Source: Callorhinchus milii (Eukaryota). Taken from it: a DNA stretch of 64,000 nt. The notes below the pieces were generated by a model. It was not told the origin of the DNA, searched no databases, and saw only the letters and a program-made list of their open reading frames with translations. Positions 53,201-64,000 of the stretch are shown here, one piece after another. The DNA is taken from contig NW_024704751.1 of assembly GCF_018977255.1 (NCBI RefSeq), positions 16,554,001 through 16,618,000 on the forward strand, read 5' to 3'. Numbering within the stretch: position 1 is the first letter of the stretch; each line of letters opens with the position of its first letter. The position numbers were made by a program, and so were the translations under genes.

Positions 53201-56200
53201 TGTGGATGCTGGATCCATTCAAAGTTTCAAGACTGAGGTGGATAGATTTTTGTTAGGTAAGTGTATCAAGGGATATGGGGCAAAGGCGAGTATTTGGAGT
53301 TGAGGTACAGATCAGCCATGATCTAATAGAATGGTGGAACAGGCTCTAGGAGCTAAATGGCCTATTCCTGTTCCTAGGTCTTGGAGTGCAACCACCAGCC
53401 AAGGTCTCTTGCTCATGTTCAATGACAAACAACATTCCTGTGAAGCTCTGACAGAGAATCAATGCGTTTAAAAAGAACAATTAACCTTTCTATTAAGTGT
53501 CACAAACTATTGCTTATCGTGTAAGTAGCTGAGCCGTACAATAGCCTAGGTTCAGTTCCCTGTCTGTGCTGAGTGACACATCTCAGCCAGAGATACAGTG
53601 GAGTTCAGTACCTCTGGGTTAGAAAAGAGAAGAAAATTAGCAAGGAATTCTGCTCCCAATTACAATACAGAGACCCCCTGCTGGAAGTTTTAATTTGGCG
53701 AACTGTTGTTTTCCCACTTAATTCTACTTGAGAGCCCCCCCCGCCCCTTTTTCCACTGGACACATGAAGACGCAAAGGTACCTGCCACGTAGTACTGGAC
53801 AGCTCCGTCTGGCACAGACTTATACCGGTCACAAAATGTGTGGACTCCTGCTGTAGAGCTCGGCTTCACTGCCTTCCTACAGAACACAAAGCAGGGAAGA
53901 TTGTAGAGACTGTAGAGAAAAACACAGTCAGGACCGGAACACAGTGGGGAAGGGGTAAAAGGGAAACCTCGAGGAGGAGAGTCTCTGCTCTGTTCCAACT
54001 TCACTTCACAAAATTAATCCCAAATTGTAGTTTACGTGAGGCCTTCACTTTTAAATCTCATTGTAATAATAATAATCCTTGCATTTGGTATAGTGCTTTA
54101 TCACATCTTCGAGACGTTTCAAAGCGCTTCACATAATATATTGTAAAGTGAATTGACTGTATATTTTGTGGGCGAAACGCGGCAGCCAATTGCGCACAGC
54201 AGCGTCCCACAAACAGTCATGGATTGAGTGACCAATTTTTTTTAAAAAAGGAAATATTACCCCTGGCAAAGCGATACCCCAGTCAACTGACAACTGGGTT
54301 CCTGCTTATTGCTAGGTAAACAGAGGTGTGCGGAGAAACTCGAAACCATTCTGCACTCAGCGTTCTTGCTGTAGCTGCCACTCTGCATTATCTTACAACA
54401 TACAGTCGTGGCTGAAATGACAAAGCTCTAACAGGACATGAAAGTGTCATTGTCATACTCTACTAGTGAATGCTCTGCGAAAATTACCAAATTGTGCGAA
54501 TGCAATATCCCCCTCGAGCCTCAACTCTTCTCATGAAAACATTTAGCCTCTATTGTAGGCATGATATTTTAAACCTTGGGTGGGGGGAACGTTGTCCCCT
54601 GATTTCCAGTTTGCTTTGTGACCAACGTAAAAGTTGCAACTTACTCCAGCCACACCTTACCTGTGATTGTGGATCATGCGAACATCATAGACACGGACAA
54701 AAGGCCCACTGGCTCCCACAGCCAGGTAATTATTGTCCTGAGGATTGACAGCCAAACACTTGGCTTCCACGTGCTGTCCACAGTACTCGGTCAGGTCCAC
54801 CAGCACCTCCGAGCGCTTACTGCTTTCTCTCAGGTCATACTGTCTGCAACAGCAAAGCACATGCAGCAGGTTAACAGACAAGGAGTTGCATCTTTATTAT
54901 CCCTCTGCATTTGTCCGCCTGCTCTCGTCCATTGGAAACTATTCCTTAGCTTTGCACCACTCGTGGTAAATGCTTTACGCCAGACCAGGGTATTCCGAGA
55001 TTAATCTTATACAGAATAATAATAATTCTTGCATTAATATCACAACTTTCACAATGGGAGGGCCTCTTACACATAGCAAATTTACTGTAAAGTGTAGTGC
55101 TGAACCACCTGTACACAACTGTTCCAAGCTCTGCCTGTCAGAAACGAGAATCTTTGATCCAGAGCATTCACTGGCACAATTTGGTAGACAGTTGTTAATA
55201 GAGACGAGGAGTAACCAAACTGCATTCCTGAATGCAGAGTGACCGATGCTGAGGAGAAGCAGGAAGTTGTGACCCTGAAAAGCCACCACCTGAGTCTGAC
55301 TCACAAGTTCACTGCTACCCCCTCCCTCTCTCTCTCTCCAATACACACACACACACACGAAAGGCACTAAAGTAGTACAAGATGTTGTACTGTCTAAACT
55401 GGCAGAAACTGTGCAAACAGAAACCAATTAATTCAACTCTCTAGAATTGTTCAAAGTTGATGAATTAAAATCTTTAATTTGTAATTTTCAAACTAGTAGT
55501 GTATCCTCCTTATTACCTATCTGCAGCTATGAGCTCCACAGTACGTATAGCTTCGAGATTATCTCTCCATAATACAATTGATATTGACATGCAACATCTT
55601 GCACGTCAAAGAAACACCTCAAAACTTCAAAGAATGAGATTCATTAGAAATGAAGTGAACAAAGATGGAAAATCAATACCGAGGTTGGATCCCAGGCCAG
55701 TAGACCATTTTATAATTTGTGACATTTCTTATTGGGGTTTCATAAGAAATTCCAGAAAACATAAACTTTGCTCCGGACGTTAATCCTGAGTTTCCGCTAG
55801 TTGGTGTGACATACTTCCAGTTACTTCCAATTCCCATTCATGCAACATTGATTTATTTTGAAGCAATCCCATTAAGAAATGCTGCAGTGATACGGACTGA
55901 GACTGATCCCCACAGCAACAGGAAGCAGCACCAAGAACCTCGCTCTCGTGCTCTGTCGGGATTTGAACCTTCCTCGGTAAGAATTGGGAGATTCTGGGGC
56001 TGTGCCCCATCCCATACCTGACTGTCCCGTCCTCTGCAGCGCTCCAGAAGGTGTTGGGCCACATGGGTGCCGCTGCAATGCGTTTTACTCGATTGGTGTG
56101 TTCCCCAAACATGTGAATGGTTTCTTTCACCGTCAGGTCATGGACGTGCACTTTGGAGTCAGCGGCTCCGGTAATGAGGGTGCGATCGCCAGAATGTGGC

Positions 56201-59200
56201 AGAAACTAGCGGAAAAGCAAAAGCAATTTAGGTGAGAAGAGAGAATAAGTGCAGTAACACGATCAACCCTGACAGCTAGACACTAACTACACTAACCCAC
56301 AGAGACAGAGCCCCACCCTCAGACAAACACGTATTATTAATTGGCCAAAATGTGGTTCCAATTAGTTTTTATTTCATCACATTCAGGACAGGGTCATTTC
56401 AAATTACAGTGGAATTCTAGAATTTAGTCAAACTGATGGTTTAGGGCAAGTGGTTTAGCAATTTGCATTTATAGAGCTCCCTTCACATAGAGTAATGGCG
56501 CCATAGCACTTTACACAAACGGTGGCAGCGTTCAAACTCAAGTATTATTATTAAATGAGATGGTGTTTCCACACCGTATCCTCTGCCCCTGGAAATGAAA
56601 CAGCTATTCCACAATGAACCTCCTTGCACTGAATTTAACAATAATGACCAAAATGACCATGGAGGTACAGAGTTAATGTGAGATCAGTGGTGGTACCTTG
56701 ACTGAGAAGATGTTAGCTGTGTGTCCAGTGTGCATGGTGAGTAGTTTCTTACAGCTAAAAGGATCCCAAAGAATTGCGTGCTGATCGTCCGAACCAGAGG
56801 CCAGCAACCTAACACCAAAGGAAGAAAGAATGAGTGTCTAAATTAAACGGAAATAAAGTGCAGAGCTGAGGCTTTCTGTGCAAACTCTTTGCACCAGAAA
56901 TAGCACTATGCTGTTTGGTGAAAATCACTGTAATGTTGTACTCGTCTCCGGTCCGTACCAGGTTCTCCCCTGCCTGAGGCTTGTGTCCTGCATTGGGCCC
57001 ATCCACTGATCTGAGCCACTCTGATCCTGAGTGGCTGTATCCAGAAACCTCTGAATTCTATTACGTTCAGCATCAGTGAATGTACAACACCCTGGGATAC
57101 CTGGTATTCTTGGGATTACTTCTAAACCCAACCCCAGACACTGTGGAGTTCTGTAGGTCAGTGGTTAGAGCACTTGCCTCACAAGCGAGAGACCTGGGTT
57201 TGATTCCCGGCAGGACGAAACCTTGGGCAAGGTTCTTTCCTCCACACGCCTGATAATAATCCCTCAAGAAAGAAAACCCACAATAATAAATTGGTCACTT
57301 CATTCCATGACTGTTTGTGGGACACTGCTGTGCTCGATTGGCTGCCGTGTTTTGCCCACAAATATATAGTTAATTCACTTTACAGTATATTCTGTGAAGA
57401 GCCTTGAAGACGTGATATATCAAATGTCATATATCAAATGATTGTTGTTATTATTATAGGTATAGTTAGCTTATTAAAACACTAACTGTTTTCTATTTCT
57501 TTGGTACTTTACTGCCTTTAAAGTAACAGTCCAGGAGCCGAGTGTAAGACCAATACTTACTGGCCCGTCTCATTCCATTCAAGGCAGTTCACACACCCAG
57601 AATGACCCTGTGGCACAGAAAGAGACAGAACGATTCTCATTTAATAAAATTTAAAAGGATTGCAAAGGTTTGTTGAATACAGATTGCCCTGCATTACAAT
57701 GTCAAATGTGATAAGGGCTATATCAAATACAAGTATTATTATTATGTTGAAATAATAAACACATCAGAAAAAAAGATTTTCTCCACACTAGAGGCCATTC
57801 AGCCTATTATGTCTGGCCTACCGGTCTGAAGAAGCTATTCATCGCACACCCTTGCCCTTTGTATTTTTATTCTTAAATATTTATCCAAACCCTTTTGAAA
57901 GCCATTACTGATTCTGCTTCAATAAACAATACATTTTCTGTAAATATACAGCAGACCGTGGATTACTTGCTGCTAAATTTGTGTTAATTTACTTTTGGAT
58001 AAAGCTCCGGTCATTTTACCAGTATGTTAGTGCAATGTGAGCGAGCAGCTGTCATGGGTGTGTAATGCAGGATTTAAACTTACAACCTTCAGAACCAGAG
58101 TAAAAGTTCTACCAACTGAGCTAAGCTGATTCTTTGCAATTTAACCTGCAGATTGCAGGGAGTAATAGCAAACAAACAGCTGATATCTCTTCATATCACC
58201 AGATATATACAGCAGTGTTTGAATTAGATACCTGATCAGTGCTGCCACAGGAGCAAAGCTACTCTTGAAGATAAAGTTAAAAAATGCTCAAGAATCTCAC
58301 CTCTAACTCGGACTCCAGGCCAAGACGCTTTATAAACGGATCCATCACATGATAGCGGCGCTCAAACCACAAGGCACTCTTCTCCTGCAAACACAGTCAC
58401 ACAGTCACAAAACCCAGTTAGCCATCAGTCTCTCCGTACATGGATTTTCATTATAAAATTAGCCTCCTGATGTCTGCCAGTGCGTGTTGGTCTGGAAGGG
58501 AAAGCGCCACCCTTCAGATGAGATGTTACACCAAGGTCCCGTCTAATCCCATCCTAATCCCTGACTGTTCAGCGCCTTGGGACGTTCCCCCGACATGAAA
58601 GGCACTTTTACAAATGTAATTTTGTATGTATTTATCTGCCTGTTCAAATGGACGTTAAAGATCCTATGGCATTTGAAAAGAGGAGTGTTTCTCCCCATGA
58701 TTATCATTATTGTTGTTGTGATTCTTTGCAACAATAGTGAAAAACAGAACAGGGAAAAGTAATCAAACTCCATTCAACACAGACCAGCTGTGTACAGTGT
58801 GTGTCCCTAATTCATGTCTCTGAAACTTACTTTACTGGAACATTCAAATGGGCATCTTAGCCACACATATCTGACTTGTTTCCAATTTTCTTCAGCAGAT
58901 TAGTCACTAAATGGCACGCAAATCTATGGCAGATGAGGCAACGTCAAGCAGTCCAGTTATCAGGAACCCTACAAGTAGCACAACCACTCTGCATGCTAAT
59001 AGACTCCTAGTGAAAGCATCTCGAGCAAGTAAGCCCAACACAGATAGGCAGTGTTACAAAGGCAGGGTCAGCGCTTAGACTGGGAGTGTTACTTGGGTAG
59101 GAGAGGTAAGCTAGGGCCTATCCCAATTATCCCAACTTCATTCCCAATTTGAACAAACTAGCAGATCAAAGGCTGGTGTCCTGTTTTATTTAAACACATT

Positions 59201-61083
59201 TATATAGTAAGCTTCACACAAAAAAAATCTTGAAGCCTTAAACAGAATAAGGTTGTAACAGAAGCATTTTTAGGCAAATCTTAGAATGTTGATTGACTTA
59301 GAAGGTCGGTGCCCTGTGGATCCCATTGGGTTATATGCTCCCCCTTGGTGACATCATCCGCAGACATGGAGTTAACTTCCACATGTATGCGGATGACACC
59401 CAACTCTACCTTTCCTCCTCTACTCTCAACTCCACAACCACCGATGTCCTGACAGCCTGCCTGTCCGACATCGAGTCCTGGACGAGAGACAACTTTCTTC
59501 AGCTCAACGTGCGAAAAACCGAGGCCCTCCTGATTGGCTCACGTCAGCGCCTCCGCACCTCAGGCGCTGACACCATCAGCATCCAAGGCTGCACTCTCCA
59601 CCTCTCAAAGCCAGTCAGGAACCTCGGCGTTTTGTTCGACCCTGAGCTGTCCTTTCTCCCTCACATCCGCACTACAACTGGCACCGCCTTCCATCACCTT
59701 CGGAACATCGCCAGACTACGGCACTACCTCACCCCTCACGCTGCTGAAACCCTGGTCCACGCCTTTGTCACCTCAAGGCTGGACTATGGGAACTCTCTCC
59801 TCGCCGGCCTTCCCGGCCCTCCCTCCACAGTGCAGGTCATTCAGAACTCTGCAGCTCGTGTACTGTCCCGCACCAGGCTTCGGGACCACATCACTCCCAC
59901 CCTCGCTCGCCTCCACTGGCTCCCCATCCCCCAGAGGATTGATTTCAAGATCCTCATCCTCACCTACAAGGCCATTCACGGCCTCGCTCCCTCCTACCTC
60001 TCCAACCTACTATCCCCCTACCTACCTGCCCGTACCCTCCGTTCCTCTGGCTCTGGTCTGCTCCACGTCCCCCGCCCCAACCGCCCTACCATCGGTGGTC
60101 GGGCCTTCAGCCTCTCAGCCCCCAGGCTCTGGAACTCCATCCCCCAGTGCCTTCGCCTTGCTTCCTCCCTTTCCTCCTTCAAGGCCGGTCTCAAAACCTT
60201 TCTCTTTGACCGTGCCTTCAGCTCCCCTCTCGACTCTCTTCCCCCTCCTCGCTCCCTCCCTTCCCTCCCCTCACCCTGACCATTTCCCCCTCCTTGCTCC
60301 TTCCCTCCCCTCACCCTGACCATTTCCCCCCTGCTCGGGTCATGACCCAACTGTGCAGCGCCTTGGGACGTCCTCCTGACGTGAAAGGCGCTTTATAAAT
60401 GGAATCTTGTTGTTGTTGTTGTTGTTGTTGTTGTTTTGGTGTCCAGACCGGTTTCGCAGAAGCTAAAAATGGCTGATTTTGGGGGGATAATTGGGCTTCC
60501 ACCAACATCACTTACTGTGCACTTAACAGCAAACATTGGCATTCCGGTCATATTTACAGGAAACAAAGAAACTGTCCAAATTGAAGAGGGAAGAATGAAG
60601 GAAAAAGGGTTTGAAGCAGCAGTCAATGTGTGCCTCGATCAGATACAGTCCATCATAACTTGACCACTCTTTGTCTCATCTTAATTTTTTCTATACTTTT
60701 AAGGTGGTGTAGATTCGCTCTCGAGTTTCGTAGAATCTCGCCGCGCAGAACGAGGCCATTCGGACCATCGCGCGCCCGCGCCGGCTCTTTGAGAGAGCAG
60801 CTAGCCCAGCTCGTCTCGCTTCCCCCGTCCGGAACCCGGCGGCCCTGCAAAAACGTCTCCTTTTCGAGTACCTGTCCCAATTCCCTTTCGAAAGCGGCAT
60901 CGAAATTCTTTCCCAGCCCGCGCGCGGGGGGGGGGGGGGGGGGAGGAAATAAAAAAAAAATCGGGGAAAGAAAAAACCCCAAAACAAAACCAAAAAAAAA
61001 CCCCCGATTTATTTTTACGAGAGTTTCCTGGGCACCTTTATCTGTCGCTTGATGATGTCCTTTGTGATGTTGAGAGCCTCCAT
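47224..61083 (-). CDS. WDTC1: WD and tetratricopeptide repeats protein 1 (DCAF9/adipose), 15 coding exons, 672 aa
   Basis: Exons 61036-61083, 58301-58384, 57561-57607, 56697-56808, 56018-56205, 54661-54843, 53782-53876, 52935-53050, 52196-52271, 52005-52101, 51549-51722, 50743-50978, 50212-50386, 48552-48744, 47224-47418; total 2019 nt in frame. Motifs [25 protein letters not shown] block [40 protein letters not shown]. Confidence 0.96.
48085..48515 (+). mobile_element. tRNA-derived Deu-domain SINE (family representative)
   Basis: tRNA-like head (ctcagtggtaga...ggttcaagtcc) followed by gtccttcggatgagatgttaaaccgagg...aaagatcccacggc...ggtgtcctggccaa, resembling the recalled Deu domain of AmnSINE1/SINE3. 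Other copies at about 9585-10010(-), 15670-16045(-), 17185-17610(+), 27030-27260(-), 44120-44310(-), 58500-58700. Confidence 0.8.
53100..53376 (+). mobile_element. CR1-type LINE 3' fragment
   Basis: ttcaagactgaggtggatagatttttg...cagatcagccatgatct...aatggcctattcctgttcct is typical of fish/shark CR1 3' ends. Related pieces at about 24080-24190(-) and 43050-43140(+). Confidence 0.65.
59326..60434 (+). mobile_element. 5'-truncated L2-clade LINE (reverse transcriptase C-terminal half, 3' UTR, (GTT)n tail), antisense in a WDTC1 intron
   Basis: 317-aa ORF with [46 protein letters not shown]...RIDFKI and [11 protein letters not shown], all typical of L2 ORF2. Confidence 0.95.
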
Positions 61084-61379
61084 GTTGGCCGCACAGATGC
61101 TGAACTGCTGGACGGCTCAGGAGGGCATGTCACCACGTTCCCCCTCTGCGCTGAAGCCGCGACGACAGGTCTCCTCCCGGGCGCCGCGTGAGACAGAACG
61201 GCTCCGGGAACGCACATCCAATGTCCTGCAAACAATAGCACAGCACAGAGGAAGAATAAAGGCGATGAGGAAGAATCCGGTGCCCGCACCACTTGCTGCG
61301 TCCCCCCCCCTCCCCCCCCACACCGGTGAGAGAAATACGTACAGAACAGCCTAGAAACCGCACTGATTCCCCCTCAGAG

Positions 61380-61735
61380 CAGAGACCGGCCCGCGGGCCG
61401 GAGAGCCAGTCACCGGACCCGAGAGGGAGGGGGGGGATGGGGAAGCGGCGAGACCCGGGGGTCAGACTCTCCCTGCGGCCGCCGCCTCCGCAGCTGAACA
61501 CCGTACCGTACCGTGCGGCGCTGTGCCGAGCCCTGGCAGGGCGGGTGGGCGGGGTGGGCGGGATCGGGCCTGTGTCCGCCGCTCCGCTCCCGGCGAGTCC
61601 CCGGCTCTGTCGCAGCCTCTGTTCCGGCGCGCGGCGCACACTGATCGCGTCATCACCCCCACCCAATCACAATGAGAACCTCGCGACCAATGGGAGCGGC
61701 GCGGGGGGCGGGGCCTCGCTCTCACTCGCGGCTAC
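61380..61735 (-). promoter_or_regulatory. WDTC1 CpG-island promoter and non-coding first exon region
   Basis: CpG-dense; CCAAT at 61663 and 61687, GC box near 61705. The acceptor of the ATG-containing exon is at 61226-61227. Confidence 0.6.
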
Positions 61736-61744
61736 ATTGTGTTC

Positions 61745-62260
61745 ATGTGTGAGTGTGTCTGAGAGTCTGTGTCTGTCTGTGTGAGTCTGTCTGAGAGTCT
61801 GTGTCTGTCTGTCTGAGAGACTGTCTGTCTGTGAGTCTGTCTGTGTGAGTGTGTCTGTGTATCTGTCGTCTGTGTGAGTGTATGTCTGTCTGTCTGTGTG
61901 AGTCTGTGTCTGTCTGTGTGAGTGTATCTGTCTGTCTGTGAGTCGTCTGTGTGAGTCTGTCTGTGTGTCTGTCTGTGTGTGTCTGTGTGAGTGTATCTGT
62001 GTCTGTCTGTGTGTCTGTGTGAGTGTATCTGTGTCTGTCTGTCTGTGTGAATGTGTCTGTCTGCGTGAGTGTATCTGTGTCTATCTGTGTGTCTATCTTT
62101 GTGTCTGTGTGAATGTGTCTGTGTGAATGTGTCTGTCTGTGTGAGTGTATCTGTGGCTGTCTGTGTGAATGTGTGTGTCTGTCTGTCTGTGTGAGTGTGT
62201 CTGTGAATGTATCTGTCTCTGTATTTGTCTGTCTATGTGAGTGTATCCATGTGTGTCTGT
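61745..62260. repeat. Compound (TG)n/(TCTG)n microsatellite
   Basis: Directly visible. Confidence 0.95.
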
Positions 62261-64000
62261 AGGTGTGCCTGGGTCTGTATGCTGTGTCTCTTCTGTACGC
62301 TATCCAGAGAATGCATTTCTGACCCATTGCTTGTCCAGCTGGACCACCTTACCCATTAAGGCTTTGGTTTGCAGGGTTAATAGGAGCCAAGGGAGAAGAA
62401 TCCCTGTCCCCAGCGACTGGTCTGCTCCTGCAAGTCCTGCTCGCCAGGGTCAGATTTATCATGAGCAGTGGCCTGGAGTACTGTGGACCTGGAATTGGAT
62501 TACCAAGGCCACCAAAGAGGGCTGCGTTGATTTCAGCATTTCATTACTAAGTAGGTCACCTTGGAGTCAGCTCAGCCTCAAAAAGATCCCGCTTACCGAC
62601 CCCATCCCAAAAATGGTCATCACTAGCATTTGACACCTGACAATTCAAGGTTTTTATGCTTTGGGAGACAACTGTCTGATTGAACATTGATCATCAGCAT
62701 CAGTTGATGTCTCAGAATTTTGACACAACTTATAAAATATGTGGAGCTTACTCTTAAAAGAAATAAAAAAGAGAGTTCATGGTTTTATTATATTTTGTAG
62801 TGTCTTCTTATATACACAGTATTAAAAATAAGGATTTGCAATAAGGGACACAGTAACTATTTACAATGATTGCAGTGGGAAAACCAGGTGCAATAATCCT
62901 AATTCATGGGCAGGCTGATTTGCTGGTAATAAAGGCACAAGAAAAAGACATTTACAAGGTTTCTCAGAATTGACAGGCAACCAAAGGAAGCCCAAGCACA
63001 ATTAACAGAAACATTTACAAACAAAATCGTAATGAACTCCCAAGAAGATAGAAAGTATAGGATGATTACTCATTGCGTAAACTGTACAAAGTCGCTTTTT
63101 ATTGCGTGCGTACATGTGTGCGTGTGAGGGAGGGATCACGCTTCACATATTCAGTGTGGCGGTGGGACCACTGCACATTTTATTTATGGTCAGCCGGGCG
63201 TCTGACACCTATGGAAACCCATCACCATGCTTATGAGTATCCAAACCAAGAATTCCATTAATTCCACCTATACAAAATGATGATAATAATCCTTGCATTT
63301 GATAGCGCTTTATCACATCATTGGGACATCTCATAGCGCTTCACAGAATGTAAAGTGTATTGACTATATTTTGTGGGCAAAACACAAATCAATAAAAAGA
63401 ATATTACATATTACTCTCAGAACGTAATATGGGAATTGAAATTCCAGAGATAGATTGTTGGGAAGAAATGCGCACTCTCTCCCTGGAGAGACACATCCTG
63501 CTTATCTAATTCTGGAAAGTATTAGGGGCATGTTGGTAAGAGCCAAGGCTGAGAGACTCCGGAGGGTGTGTTGAGGTAACTGCTGAAGTCTAATCAGCTA
63601 AAAACGCATAGCTTGCCATTAATATTGCTGCCTGGCAAGCTCTCCTGCTGGTTGTCTAGCTACAATCTGTTAAAACTTTGGCTTGCAGAGTTTAACAGGA
63701 GTTGAGTGGGATGATTCCCTGCCCCCAGTGATTGGTTTGTCTTTCCAGGTCCTGCCGATGAGCCATGCTGGCTGCGTTATGATAATTCTCAGTATTTGAC
63801 TACGTTACAAAAATCATTTGGTGAAAGATTGCAGCACTGACAACTATGTTGAGTATTACAGCACACATACCTCTGCCTAAAGTTCTCAAAATACAAGTTT
63901 TGGTTCTGCTGAACTGGATAAATTAACATGGTATTATGAAAATAAATACCTTTTACTGAAACTTTGAGATTAACAAAAATGACAAGATCTAAACAAAATG

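Noticed and set aside
61743-62327. 194-aa Thr/His/Asp/Gln-rich ORF
   Set aside because: Microsatellite translation.

Overview
Vertebrate genomic DNA. The L2/CR1 LINEs and tRNA-derived CORE- and Deu-type SINEs suggest a cartilaginous fish, possibly a holocephalan; this is inference only. The window holds a block syntenic with human 1p36.11: GPATCH3(-), NR0B2/SHP(-), NUDC(+), KDF1(-), TRNP1(+), WDTC1(-). I reconstructed exons by hand from GT-AG sites and recalled human proteins. Bases 1-5214 are a near-identical second copy of about 11692-16914 that ends at a 30-N gap, most likely a misplaced haplotig, and its NR0B2 copy is frameshifted. Main observations: (1) the intronless TRNP1 orthologue reads as a syntaxin-type (Qa) SNARE motif with His at the zero layer and a hydrophobic tail at the very C-terminus; (2) KDF1 has a premature stop or frameshift at the end of its main exon; (3) an L2 tail is inserted into the next KDF1 splice donor and could be exonised in frame; (4) an unidentified gene start sits where GPN2 is expected; (5) two related elements lie in two GPATCH3 introns. 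No prokaryotic-type systems or CRISPR arrays were seen. All homology calls come from memory, not database searches.
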